NCBI GenBank assembly: GCA_977016875.1
Contig: CDRNST010000308.1
Coordinates: 310,001 to 374,000 of the forward strand
Reading direction: 5' to 3'
From: Pavona decussata
Lineage: Eukaryota
DNA: 64,000 nt
Part shown: one piece after another, positions 11,664 to 25,379 of the stretch
Position numbering within the stretch: position 1 is the first letter of the stretch
Layout: every line of letters begins with the position of its first letter
Program-made: the position numbers and the translations under genes
The notes under the pieces: model-generated
Seen by the model: only the letters and a program-made list of their open reading frames with translations
The model's database searches: none
Told to the model about the DNA's origin: nothing

Positions 11664-14600
11664 ATGACCTTGGGATCAGCTCGGTTTTAAGAAAACTGAA
11701 TAAGCATTAAATGGCTGGGGGGTAACGCCAATGATTTTTGCGTAATAAAAAAACATTTGAGTGAAATGCTCACAATACACAGCTCAGCGGTATGGCCAGT
11801 ACCTCTTCACGCATGCGCACAACCCTATCTCTTGGGTGGTGGCACCCATAGAGCGTGCATCCTTGTCTCCAGAGCCTACGATCTTTTGGTCAGCGGTTGG
11901 ATATAGAGCGTGAGGTGCCAGTGAAGCACCTTCCATATACCGCAGAGCTGTGTTATGTGACCATTGCATTCAGATGCATGGTTTAGTTGGACTTTTGAGG
12001 TTTGTGCATTACTAAACATTCAGTGCCGATATTACAAATTGCTGAGAGAGATTAACAGTTGTTTGACAATTCACCGCGTACATCGTGACTACAGATATAT
12101 ATGTGGAGTCTACTAATTCTACATCTGTTTAAACAGCAATCGACATTCATGAAGAGTTGTAGTAGACTCCGAAAACCTTTTAGACTTACAACACCGTTGT
12201 TTTCAGGGCAAGGTATTAAAACCAGTCCCTCAATTAACTATGTTTACAAGAAAACGAAATTGAACTCTTTTCCAGTCACGGTCGAAATAATACGTGACCC
12301 CGCAAATTGAAGCTGTTGATGGGAAGTTTATTTTTTTTACACTTTTTGTGCCGCAAAAAGGTGGCTTTATTACTTTCTAAGAGTAATAAAGATGAAAGCT
12401 GTTTGTAATTACTTCCCTACTGATTTTTCCCACGGAAAAAACAATAACAAAAATCATCTATTTTTGCCTTATCCATTTTAACACCTCAGTTTTCAAGGAA
12501 AAGGTATCTTTTTGAATTGTTTGAAAATGAATAGATGCTTTTAGCTCCTGGCGTGTAGAAGTTCTTGATAATTATCATAATTTTGTGTAGCCGTATTCGA
12601 TTCTGGAAAAAGAGATAACAGTATAGCTGGCAACTTCTCGTTTTATACAAAATTTAAAAGACGTGTTATGCAAACTTTTGATGTCGCAGCATAGTAAAGA
12701 CGCATTTTGTTTTCCGGTAACTTCAAAGAAGCACTTTTTGTATTTTTATGTTGGAAAACGATCAATCGAAGCCACTCTTGTTTTGAACGTGTCGGTAACA
12801 TACACGCCGACTCTTTAATCACACTCCTCGCACTACGCTTAAAGGTTTTATGGCGAACATAATCTATTCTTCACTCGACTGAACGTTATTAAGTGCATCA
12901 TGTTTTTAATAGGATAGTGCAAATGAACTTTCTTAACGACGTCCCTTCAACGCCACTGGCTTAAGAGTAATTATCCTTCTGTATTTTAAAATATAAGAAA
13001 ATTTAGTATGAGAACCATTTTCTTAATAGGAAACCTCAATTCAAAGAAATTCTTGCTTCATACAGTTTTTTCTGACTCTAGTTTATAGATAAGGTTATGA
13101 GCAGACAGAAATTATTCAGATCCCCGCTGAACCATCAGCAAAGCTACTTTTGAGCATCATTTTGTTTTTAATTCGGTCTCTCCAGGTAGCGTGCGTGACG
13201 TACTTGACTTATTTTTTGTTGCTTTTGACAGAAAGTAAAGCCTTGTGCATGATCTGAGATGTCAGTTGGCTTTTTACTTATCTACGTGCACTAACTTTAA
13301 TTTCGTTAAAGCTATGATGGCGATTTGCAAGGGAGATGTCACGTACTATTTTCCTTAACAAAATCCCACACCGCCCAACAAAACATTAACAAAAGAGAGA
13401 GAAATGACAGAAAAATGATACCCTTAAGAGAAATTTCGGCATGGAAGAAAACCAAAACAAAAATGTGCAGCGTACGTATTAAACGTTCATATGAGAAAAG
13501 AGTGAATTTCCATAGGATAAATGGATAATTATTGCAGGAAGTTACAGCCGCTACAGACTCCTATATTTTATTTATAGTCGACTTGGAGAAAAGCCACGCT
13601 CAGTCGTATTGGTATAATTTCAAAATTTTAGTGGCATACATATTTCACAAAGTCAAACCTATTGCGATGTCTGCATGAGTTGGTTGTTTCACCGTTTGTT
13701 TGTTACGTTCCAGCCGAACCGGTCAACGTTTGGAAAATTACGAAATTCGCTTGCTTCAGCAATTAGTTCAGTCGATCTTGGCAACATGCAGTGCTGACGT
13801 CTCTTGGAAATTGACAGACTCTCAAATTAGAGTGATAGAAATTTAGAAGATACTTAAAGCAAATAAAAACAAGAAAGCGATTGCGTTCGGCAAACCAGAA
13901 AAACAGAAGTCGTTAAGTACGTCGATACCTTACCTTCAATGTGTAAGAGAACAGTTGGCATCACATTTCTATTCCTTGTACATGTGCAAAAGTGTTTAAT
14001 AATTCAGTCTTAAAGTTCAGTTTAATGTGTACATAATGACCTTGGGAAGAAAGTGTTAACCTCGTCGCGTAGCAACCAGCTCACAACAAATCAATTTATA
14101 TCCGAAAAACGCTCTGCTGTAGGTCAACATATTGCAGAGAAATATGTGCATAGTGCAGAGAAACATGATATGTCAAGTGTCTTGTGCCTTGTCTTCACCG
14201 ACCTTTTTAGTATAGTTTTCTTTCTCACAATGGGGGTTTCAAAACAAACAAAAGAACACAAAGAAAACGTATCTTGTAAAAGTAAAACCAACGAATTTAT
14301 TCCTGGCCAATCGCATCAAACGGATGTCATACGTAATCACAATCTGAACCAATCAGAAATGTAAGTATATCATGCGAACGACAAGAAAGCGAGAAAAGCA
14401 CAGGCAGCCCACGTTACGTTACGCGAAAGTGATAAACTACAAATCTTTTTTAAGTTTCTCTTCCGATCCTTTGGGAATGGGTCTTAGTGAATCAATAATC
14501 ATCGAGAGTTTTAATTTCTTTATATGATCTTGATTTTTGTCACCAGGTCACGGTATTTATCAATTTCCTCATCAAGATCTATAATATAGGAAGATTGTGT

Positions 14601-15084
14601 TCCAGTTCTCTGTTTGTTGGGACACTGAATTCCCTCCCCTGATGCTCTCAGGCCTGGCTGAACCACTCTCTCGTTTAGGTAACACAGACCTAGTGGAGAG
14701 CCCAAGCTGACTGTACCATCATGCGTCCATTTGTATTTTTCTCGCCTCGTTTAGGGACACTCTCCTCTTTCTTTGTAAGTACGCGCCAAGGTGGATTATC
14801 CTTTAAAAGTCAATATTTCTTTCGGTGTTTCCGGATGTTTCATAGTGCCACTTCTGGCAACCAGTGGTTCAGTGGTTGTGCACTTCATTTCTGCGGTTAC
14901 AATTGAGTTTCCAGTTGAGCTCACAGATTTTAAAACTTATCTTGGATATTCATTGAACTTTCAGAAATCATTTTGGACGACTTCCTGTACTGCTGAAATT
15001 GGTCATCGTACATCGTTTATGTTTTTCTAAATCTAAATCTAAATGTCGTTTAGTCGTCAAAGTCGTGGGACAACACGCCAACTC

Positions 15085-15390
15085 TAAAATAATAATGAAT
15101 AAAACTATTCTAAAATATACAAAATAACAATAAAAGTTTATCTACCAATAAGAATTAAATTAACTAGTTTACTTTTAAAAATAAAGAGTGATTGGCTGGA
15201 AATAGTTTCTTCTGAAATTTTGTTCCATTCAGTAATCGTCCTGGAAAAGAAAGAAAATCTAAAAATATCTTTATGTCCTTTCGGTGCAACAAATTTAAAA
15301 TCATGGCTTCCCCGAGTCCTCTTTTCTCTGCTTGGTATCAAATAATCCCCCCAGTCCCCATCTAGGAGGCCGTGGCACATCTTTCGTACG
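15085..15390 (-). mobile_element. LINE ORF2 C-terminal fragment
   Basis: RTRGSHDFKF...KDIFRFSFFSRTITEWN...SLFIFKSKL, typical of a CR1/L2-clade C-terminus. Confidence 0.7.
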
Positions 15391-18300
15391 TTCAATCGTG
15401 AAAGCTTTTGTCGAAACTATTGCCTCGCAAAAATAACACAAAAAAACATAAGGATGTATCCTTTTATCACCAGTCGTAAGACTTAGACATTTTTCTTTCT
15501 TGAAATGTCAAATTTTACAGGAAATCGTTCCCGGTCTTCTGTGTTTCCTTTGACGATCGAATTCGTTATCGGGTCTTATCGTAATGCGTAACCTTCATCA
15601 TTAGGACAAGAAAACCTCGCTCTCAACATAAGAAAGCTGTCGAATATTTCTGTTAATCGATCATAGACTTCCAATGATAATGGGAAATGCGAGGAAGAAC
15701 AGGCTGTAGCCTAATTCTTCAATGAACTACTCTATTCCCAATAAAATAGAATGAGTAAAATTCAACCAATATAAGTTTTGTGACCAACCTCGTTCCCAGG
15801 GCTTTTCCCTTGCCTGGAAACGAGGCTGTTTTGTGACTACTCAACGGCGGATCTAGGGGAGGCGCCTGGGGGATCCCGCCTGAAACGGAGGCACGTAGGG
15901 CCGAAGGGCCAAGATAGTCGATCGTTTGAGAGTGGGTCCCCACTTAGCTACCTTACGTACCTAGCAAAAGCATTCGTGTCATACCTCACGTCACAAAAAA
16001 GCCATACATCTCACAACTATAAAATACCTCTTTTGGAGTTCCTATTTGTCCACAATCATTATCTTTTTTTGATAACCTTATGATATCACTGAGTTGATGG
16101 TATGCGTTACAGAAATCGGGGATGTCTGATTATGGTACAGTTTTATATTTGTTTGATAACACGGCCCCACAAGCTTCCTGCTAGCTTTAAATCTAATCGT
16201 GTATAAATAAACCTTCTTTACTTTACTTTTATTAATATTCCCAGGATTGTATTAGAAGTTAGAAGTGTTGGTCATTGATGAGGTAGGTAAACCGTGATAC
16301 ACAGAGAAGAACCGTTGGACTTTTGTTAAAAATCTAATAATACTTTGAAAAGCGTAATATAATTTTAAAGATAAATTTTATAGCCCAGTACGGCTTGGCT
16401 TATTGTCTAAGATGTTGAGACTTAGGTCTTTGTTCTAGCTTATAATTTCCGTCTGCCTAATATAAATATATATTTATGAAATATTCCGTAGGAAAACAAA
16501 AAATATAAATATGTCGTGCTTCTTAATGCATATCATAGCTTTTATCTGCCATATCCTAATTGCAAACATATTTCCGCAAAGAGCATTTTAAAGATTTTAA
16601 AGGGCTCCTTAGAGACATCGACCAAATTAAGAAATGTTTTATACTTAAATGATTTTTAATATTTATTTTCTTCCATTTTTTCTTTACCGCTAGGATGATG
16701 TTCTTTTTATTGCTTACAAGTGACATTTAACGCAATAACGCCTTTCAGGCCGCAGGCGGTATGAAGCGTTCACTTCACAGTAGCCTTTCAAGGAGGCTTT
16801 CGAGACGATTTTTTTTTCTATTACCCAGTCAGTTGTCAATTGCTGACGCAATCTTTACATTTTGACCAACAGGCTGTCTGAAGTGGGTTCTTTTATTACG
16901 CTCACAAATTGTCATTTCGTAGTGATATTAAATTGATTGCAGGGTTTTCTTTTTTCCGGTCCTACTGCTTGCGTTGGTCTAACTATACAACAAAGAAATC
17001 AATTCCGAATTGGTGCTCTTTTTTTCGAATTTCGGATCCACAAAAAGACTTCAACGATTTGTCGAAATTAACAGAAGTCTGAGAATCCTTTTACTGCTAG
17101 AACATACAATGGAGCTTACAGAGTGTAAGGTTATATTGTGCATTTCCTCGTCAAAGCTTTCTTCAGTTGACACTTCTCAATCTTGATTTTCTTAAGAGCA
17201 ATCAATCCAGCCGGCGCTTTGTGACATGTTGTCAGGTGAGCTAGTGCTTCCCTTCAATCTTTTGACTTTGATTATGAAATGTTGGTGGTGGTTTATTGTT
17301 TTCACAGCTTTCTAAACTCCAAATATTTATTAGAAGAGCCATAAATCTGGTAAAATACCTTGGTAAGTTTACCTTCCTCGCTTTTCTTTACTTAGCGGTT
17401 TTGACAGATTACAGTTACTTTTGTGATGGTAATATTTTGTGGCAATGTTCGTAAAATATTGCCACGTTTTGACTCCAAACATAATCCCGATAATTACAGG
17501 CTTAAAAATGATTTCTTATGACATTTTACGACTAAATCCTCTGTCTATTATATGACGAATAAAACCTATTTTATGAATTGGGCGGAGGGGCAAGATATTG
17601 AGAAAAAGTGATAAATAATGATTGCAAAATTTGTATATTTTTAAAACGTAAGTCGGTGTTACTTGTTCTGTAGGATTTTCTACATGTTTCCCCACTTTCT
17701 TAATAAATATTTTTTTAGCATTCCTTTCAATATTTTTAAGAAAGGAAAATAAACCGGCGGGTAATTTTTCTGGATTTCCTCTAAAATTTTGAAGCCCACA
17801 GGGGCAGGTGCACGGTTTGTATCACATATCATAAAAAGTCTGGTTTAGCTATAATGCAACTTATTCACTGAAAAAAAAAGTTATTCACTGATCGTGAAGT
17901 ACAGAATCAAAGGAATAAGTAATAACTGTTCGAAACATTATTCATGGTTTATGCTACGTGTGTGTAGCTTTATTGTGTGTACTTGCTCTTAACACTGGTC
18001 AAACAACGATATTCGACAAGTACTTTTGGGTTATACCGAGCACCGCTCCAGGCAATCACAAGGTTTATTTGAAGATATTTTTTACCCTCCCTCAAGACAA
18101 AAAACCTGCCAAGATATAAATAAAGTAGAAAATTGAATATTGCTCAGCAGGTTATATGGGGTTGGACCTGTTAGCAGTGACACAAATGCAGACAGTTTGG
18201 TTCCTCAGACGGTTTAATGACCCACTGATTGTTAGAAAAACACAATAATACAACCATACAATCACCTGCCACAGTTTGCACACGTTAGAGGTTCTTGCAT

Positions 18301-19707
18301 GCATAATATTTTGATAGCCAACACAGTTATAGTCTGGGCTTCTAAAGGTAGCGACACTATGACTGATTTATACGCTAGTCAAAACCGAAATGAATCTCAA
18401 GCGAGCTTTGGCAATATTCGATAGTACACCGTCAATGGTCTGCACCGCCAGTATCTAAGACGCCATATATCAACGATTTCAATCATCCGCCTCAGTGGCG
18501 CGCTTACCTCAGCTATCACCGCCACCAGCGTTTAAAATCGTTCACTTTGTCACTTGCTCGGACTGAAATTTGCATTTAATTATAACAAAAAATTATATTC
18601 GCTTATATAGTAGTTCTGTATGGCTGGCATAAATAACATTGGAGTATTAAATTAATGGCGAAGCAGGAAGTATCATATATTCTAACCAGTGTGATCATGA
18701 CTATTCAAAGAAAACCACTCAAAAATACTTCACAGTTAGCTAAACTGTGATGCAAGGTATTATGCTGTACAAGCTAGTTTTAACTTTTGCGTGAAATCCC
18801 GGGTTAAAGAGTGATTATTCAAAGGAAATGAATCCACCTAGCAGACTTTTCATGTTGTTCTGTCTCCTGAGCGCCTCAATATTTTGCAAAACGAAATCTA
18901 TTTTCTTTCTCAGTCTTGGTGAAACTCTAGCCACTCTTACTGTCTTAACTGGTCCCCTGGAGTAGACAGTCATCCTTTGGCCAGTTTAGATTAGATGCAA
19001 TTTGAACACCAAGTTTAGGGGCATGCTCTACTTAACCGTTCAAATTACATTTTATATCCATGTATTCTTCGTCTAAAAGAGAAGCGATATGTGTACAGAG
19101 TACAGTTCATATTATTTACAAGGAGAATTGAAAATTTACTGCAACAGATAACACAATTCCTTCTTGAAGACTTAACTTTCAGTTTCTTGGAAAACTGCAG
19201 GTTTGTTACATCTTCTCAATGATACAATGTTTTCCTTTCTTGTACCGTCGCATAATTCCATTTTAAAGCACAATTCGCAGCTAAGCCGGCTGGTTACCAT
19301 GCACCCTTCCCAGTTTTTACTTCTTCCGCCGATCCTCACGTTTACTTGCAAGAGTGAAACACGAAACACTGATGTTCAAAACGTTTCGTTCTTTGTGAAA
19401 TCAAACATGCAACTTTTGTGGCCAAAGAAAAGAAAAGTGTTTTTGAAAGAAAGAAACATCGTCCTCAATCGCAATTAATTTGGTTGGGGCGCAGCACGAA
19501 ATATAGCGCGGGTTAGTAAGCCATATTTACCATGTATCATATTTACACGTTAATTTGCGCAGTAGAAATACTAAATATTATTATTGTAAGTGCAGCATAC
19601 GAATGCTTCATAATAATTGTTCTCAGTCTTTTGTGCGGGCCAGCCTCTTTGAAGATTATGTTTAGTTGAATGATATTTGTAACATTTGAATGTGTACTGG
19701 AAAGAGT

Positions 19708-20911
19708 TTACGGTGACTGCAGTCCTTTTACCATTGTGCTTGAAATGAAACGGAACAATTTATTCCACGCTTCTTCTGTTTCTGGTGTCCATTGGTGATT
19801 TAACAGTTCTTTTAAGGCCTCCATCAGGGATTCCTGCATTGCCTGCGGAGATGAACAATCGAGAACGTGAACGAGGCTTGTAAACGTGAAAGGTATTGAA
19901 TTCCGTGCTTATTCACATCATAGAAAAATTCATGTACGGGTGTGTTTGATCAATTACGGCTATTTGCGATAGCGACTATTATTGGACATGCCACATAAAC
20001 AGGCATAAGTCTTAAATGTAAGCACAGTTGATTTATTTACAGTTGAACTTGACTTTAGATGATGAAGATGGGATTTTTAATCGTCAAATCGACGTAGGGA
20101 ATATCAAGAAGTTAATCCAAGATCGATAAATCGACGGTTTTGATCTTCAACGCCTTGCGAACAAACGGCCCAATTCTACCGTAAGTTACAAAGCCGAGCC
20201 GATCGAAGGCGAAGGTGGTCGACTGTTCGTTTGAATTTTCAAATAAACTGAGAACTGTGCAAGGTTAATGCATTTCTTCGGCCATTTGAGGTCAGTAGTT
20301 GTAGTTACTGAATTTTTGTCGTTTCTTATGCCAATAACCGCAAAATTTCCCGCTTAATAGTTTATACTGTCTACCTGCTGTTTACATAGCATGTGGGAAA
20401 AAAAACCCGCGCTATTCTCTGGTATGCATGTAACGCTGAAAGTGGCTTTTGGTATATGCATCAATATTTCCTTACATCGAGATACACGGGCTTCAATGCA
20501 CGGGCCTTATGTCTCCTGCCTAGTTCCTCCAAGTAACCAGCAAAGCTAAATGCATCGTCCAATGAGGACACAGCATTCTCCACAGCTTTCATGACACGTT
20601 TGGCGTGACCGTAAAGCGCGCTCGTGTTTTCCAGCTCCGCCGGATCCACGCCTTTAAATTCCGGGAACAGCTTTTGGTACTCTGGGTTTTGCTGAAAAAA
20701 TCTAAAACAACGTAAAGTCAAATGAGTACAAATACGCTACTTCTCTGTAATGTGAATACTGGAATACTGAGAATCTAGTGTAAATTATCATCCGGTTGAG
20801 TGTAGTCCTGAAAAAGACTGTCTGTGGTGACATTGACTGACGTTTGGACAACCTGGGTCGACGTCATCGTCACACATCATGGAACATAGCGCAACAACTA
20901 CAACAACAACA

Positions 20912-20943
<32 letters not shown>

Positions 20944-22897
20944 GATGATGATGATCATGATGATAATGTTGATGATGATATTTAGTCAGAAGGCGCCTCT
21001 CACCATGGTGATTTTTGCCCATGGCCCTTCCGATCACCATAGCAACGTGAAAAAAAGCAAAAGTACAAAGGCCTCTGTGAATTACACGTTTTGCTTTTGC
21101 TTAGTCTTGCGTTAGAATTATGCTGGTGAAACCAGACAGTCGTGTGGGGCCGCCTCTTGAATGAACTCGTTGTTAACGTACCGTTAAACGTTATCAGTAG
21201 AATGAATATTCGAGACTTAAAAATAATGCTTTATCTTCTTATGTCAAAGACGTTCTACCTTTTAATTATAAGGGTGAATTTAACCATCACTTGAAACTGT
21301 TGAGTACTACTTTTCTTCAAGTCGTAGTGTTATTTGATATTTTGTAAGAAGATTCTTGTAACGTTTGATTATTTAAATAAAAGCGATCAAGTAGTGATTC
21401 CATGTGATCTTTTTGTTTTGTTATTTTTTGCAATTTTTAAAATATTTTAGTTTTTAAGCTGTCGTATATTATAAGAGTAAAGAGGTTGTCTTAAGGGAGC
21501 ATTAAATGTTTCAAAATTCAAAGATTTTAGTGCTCTAATTATTTGTCATTTGGGAATTATGGCGGCAAAAAGTTTTGATAGATAGCATAAAACAACATTC
21601 ATCTCAGTATCTGCCGCCGCGAGCGACTTAGCATCAAACACATCATGTTTGAAAATCATCGAATCTGCAATTTTGTTCTTCATTTCTTTTGCCGAAAGAA
21701 AGGGTCGTACAATTGGCGTCTCAGTATAGCCGGCTGAAAGCAAGGCCAGCGCGACAGAAATAGTTACAAGCAAACGAACTAAGCTTCATGTTGACTTCTT
21801 GTTATTTTATCGCGTCACAGAAGTTAAATACACCTGCTGTAGTCTCAAAATACTTCCAATTTGCACTTGTTGGTTACTTTAAAAAAATAACCGGAGATAC
21901 AGTGTAATATTGCGTTTCGTTTGAGTTGCGTGAATTTAAGGAGCAGCCCTAACCATCTGCAGTAGAGAAATAATAATAAAAAAATGGAAGACAGGAAGTT
22001 TGGAGTTTCAAGCAAGCACACGAGATCGACTTGCTTTCAACAGCTACCTTATAGCAACCGCTTTACGATTTAAACTTGGTCAAATGTACAGCATAATGGT
22101 AATTCTCTCCTGAAAGGAGCGAAATTATTGCCAATATGTGTGCGAAAAGGATTTCAGGCAGTTCAATAGTTGTGGTAATTATTCATAAGCTGAGCTTTCT
22201 CATAACCCTCTGTTAGGAGATTACTCTGTTTTAGCAATTTCCATTATGTCATATTCACGTGAAAGGGAAAGCATTATTTTCCTTATATTTAATTATGAAG
22301 GAATACAACAGAAGAGCCAACTTGTTGAAATTACTACTCAAAGTCTAAGGGGTCAAGTTTGTGAATTACAAGCAAGAAAGACTGAATGAATATTAAAGTG
22401 CCTAGCGGCGAAAGTTGTTCAGAAATGACAAAGGTTTAAAACAGAGAAAGACGATTTAGTGAGTAGTATGGTATGGTCATAAGCGTGTAATGTATGCCCA
22501 ATAATTTAACGATTGTGGTGATAACTTTTGTCTGTGTTTGTGAGTGATTCAGCAAGAAATATTAACAATTTCTTGCCGGCTACGCACAACAGAAATAAAT
22601 TATTATCTTAACTTATTTCAAGTGAGGATTTCACCGAGAAAGAACCGTGAATCGATCTTACTGATCGCAAGATGTGCAGACTATTCTACTCGTTCTGTAA
22701 TCTGTGCGTCTCGGTAGTAGCTTCAGAATCCTTTCGATCAAAATAAACAGTGGTTACCTTAGAAACGTCTTTTTCCCGACGTTGTTTTTGTGTTGTTCCA
22801 CAGTCTCCCATGTCTCTCTGACAAGAGATTTCTGTGTTTCCGACAGCGGCAACGAAATATGGCCACCTTTGTGGCCCACAGAAGACGAACACCCCAT
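19708..22897 (-). CDS. Globin 3, N-acylated globin X/neuroglobin-like, 166 aa; exons 22897-22758, 20701-20476, 19842-19708
   Basis: MGCSSSVGHKGG...VRETWETVEQHKNNVGKKTFLR|FFQQNPEYQKLFPEFKG...ALYGHAKRVM...LGRRHKARALKPVYLD|AMQESLMEALKELLNHQWTPETEEAWNKLFRFISSTMVKGLQSP*. Canonical splice sites. Confidence 0.95.
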
Positions 22898-24797
22898 GTT
22901 TAATGAAAAGTAATGCTCGCGCTTCTTCACCCTGTCTACCAGTAATAACAAAATGTGTAATTAGTGTACTGGGGGAAACTGGCACATGATCTTATGTAAA
23001 CTAACTTAGTATTTGCCACATGTATTGTTAGTTGTATATCAATATGACCACCTTCCAAAAAATCTTTAACTTATTACATTGAACTCTTATCTTGGAGCCG
23101 CTCCAAGGTAGTTCTTTGCACTAGTGCTTCTGCGCATCGATTTAAATAAGTAGATGAGTAAACCAAACGTCATAAATTCTACCCAACTTGCCGTCAACAA
23201 AAGCTAATTTTAAAAACAGGTTCGGAAATTCCTGGCGAGAAAAATACATATTTGGTTGGTTCTAATGTGTTTTTCTGATTTGCATATTGGCGGCATAATG
23301 AACAGATGGCTTAAAAGGTACTTTCTTCATTTGTTTCGAAAAGAGTTTAAATAATGCTGTCTTATTTAAGATTACTTTTAGTGTTCTACGTGGCCTATCA
23401 TATATGTGCAAATCGTCAGAGGAACATTCTACATGTCCACTTAAACACTCCAAACCATGTTAAATTTTATTTTTGAAGATAGAAGCTGACAATTTCCTGG
23501 TTGCAAAATTACCATATTTCATTTAGTTTTCGATTCGGCTAATTGCCCACAGTGACATCACTGGCAACTATGAATAAATATTTGGAGAACAACTGTTGGT
23601 CATAAATCAGTTGGGAAAGTCACCAATCAATCAAACATAAACTGCTAAGACCCACAGTAATCTTGAGTCAAAACAACTTTATTGGGTAGTTAACTAGGGG
23701 GGGGGAGGTGGGGAGAAATAGTTTCAAACTTAGGGGACTGAAGCCGCAATGACAACGGTAACGGCAAGGAGAGCGCTGCAAAACAAAATGAATCAATGAG
23801 GAAAAGCCCCTCTCTGCACGAGCGGTGCACATTTCTTAGCCGTCCTCTTCAAAACCACAACGTGAAATGGCCATATTCAAGGTTTTGTGGAGAACGTGAA
23901 AACACGACGGTGAATTGTTCCCTAAAGTTTAGTTCCTGGATAGTTCGGTCACATTGTAGAAGTTGGAATAATCGCGACATAGTTGAAATAATATGAATTT
24001 ATATTTTTCAAGTGATATTCTTGTTTGTGTTTCTGTCGTCCTAAAAAGAGGGACTAGATTAGTCTAGTTTAGATTGCTCTAAAATGGCGGCCGAAAGGGC
24101 GGTTTGTTTTTAGCTTGAGACGTTGAAGAGATTCCGTTTTATCAGGCTCTTCTCGCGACAAAAAGTGCTGTATCCGAGGAGTTGCAAGGATGAAAGTTAT
24201 TTTGGAAATTTGCTTTCAAAATTTTCGCATTAAAGAAACAACAAACCAAGACAGCTTTCAGATAGCATTGTACTTTATGAGACATGCATGCATGGTTGTG
24301 AATCTCAGCTGCAGGTTTTACTTGAGTTCGGAGATCTATTAGAATAGATTCATCACAAACGTTTGTAAACAGTATGCGCAACCATCAAATTAATTTTGAT
24401 AGCACTGATAACCAAAATAATATTGCATGCATAATTAAAATATTCTTGTCACAATGTTTATCTCACTTGTGCAGTCTTTGTGTGGGGCACATATATAAGA
24501 AGAGTAGTGGGGGGGGGGGGGGGGGGGAGGAGGCAGAAACTTCCTCTTCTCATCCAAATATCTACTTTCTGTGAAGCTGGTACTAACCCTGAACGTGATA
24601 ACACGAAGACAGTTTTAGTAGATGTAAATGAGGTTAGTGCTGATGGTGGTTCCTTAGATTGAAGCAAGGAAACTTGGAAACTAGAGCGAGAAGGGCGTAT
24701 AAACTAACTCTGCAGATGTCAAGATTGTGGGCGAGTATCAACACATGGATGCATAATTATCATAACTGTTCTCCATGCATTTCGTATGGCAGTAGTA

Positions 24798-25379
24798 CAG
24801 TAGAACCCCGTTAATACGGTCACCAATGGGTCCCAAAAAATTGGCCGTATTAACGGGGTGGCCGTATTACCGGGCCAGGGTCAAATGACTAGGTATATCG
24901 CATTCGCACTCCCTGAACAACCCGTTCTCTCTAATAAACAATGGCAATGTAGATGTACGGAATTGTACAAAATACTTGAACTTAGTCGTGTCAATCGTCT
25001 TTGTTGCGAGGCACATTGACTCAGTCGCTTCGTAATTTGCCTATTAAAGGCGAATGTCAGCCGGTCAAGATTTACTGTATTTCCTTTGTCATGTTTGTAA
25101 AGGAAATCGGTTGTTTGATTAGAGTAAATGACGGAGGTCAATGAAATTGACGTGTCACAGGTGTTTTGGTTTTCTAAATTTAGCATGAGTGGCCATATTA
25201 AGGGGGTGAAATTATAAAGGATTGTACAGTTTGGGATTTCAAAATGTGGCCGTTGGCCGTATTAACGAGGGTTTTTTTTTTATAAGAAGTTGTATGGCCC
25301 TTTTGCCGCGCCAAAAAACACTGGCCGTAATAACGAGGTGACCGTATTACCGAGGTGGCTGTAAGGCAGGCTTCCATTG
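24798..25379. mobile_element. pogo/Tc1-mariner-like MITE
   Basis: TA|CAGTAGAACCCCG ... CAGGCTTCCATTG|TA with repeated subterminal GGCCGTATTAAC motifs. Confidence 0.75.

Noticed and set aside
12280-13300. RCGTG hypoxia-response elements upstream of globin 2 (also one near 38695)
   Set aside because: The 5-mer is expected by chance at this density, and neither the TSS nor conservation is known.
12000-19600. A sixth globin in the long intergenic gap
   Set aside because: I found no MGC start exon or His-containing middle exon on either strand by eye; tBLASTn would settle it.
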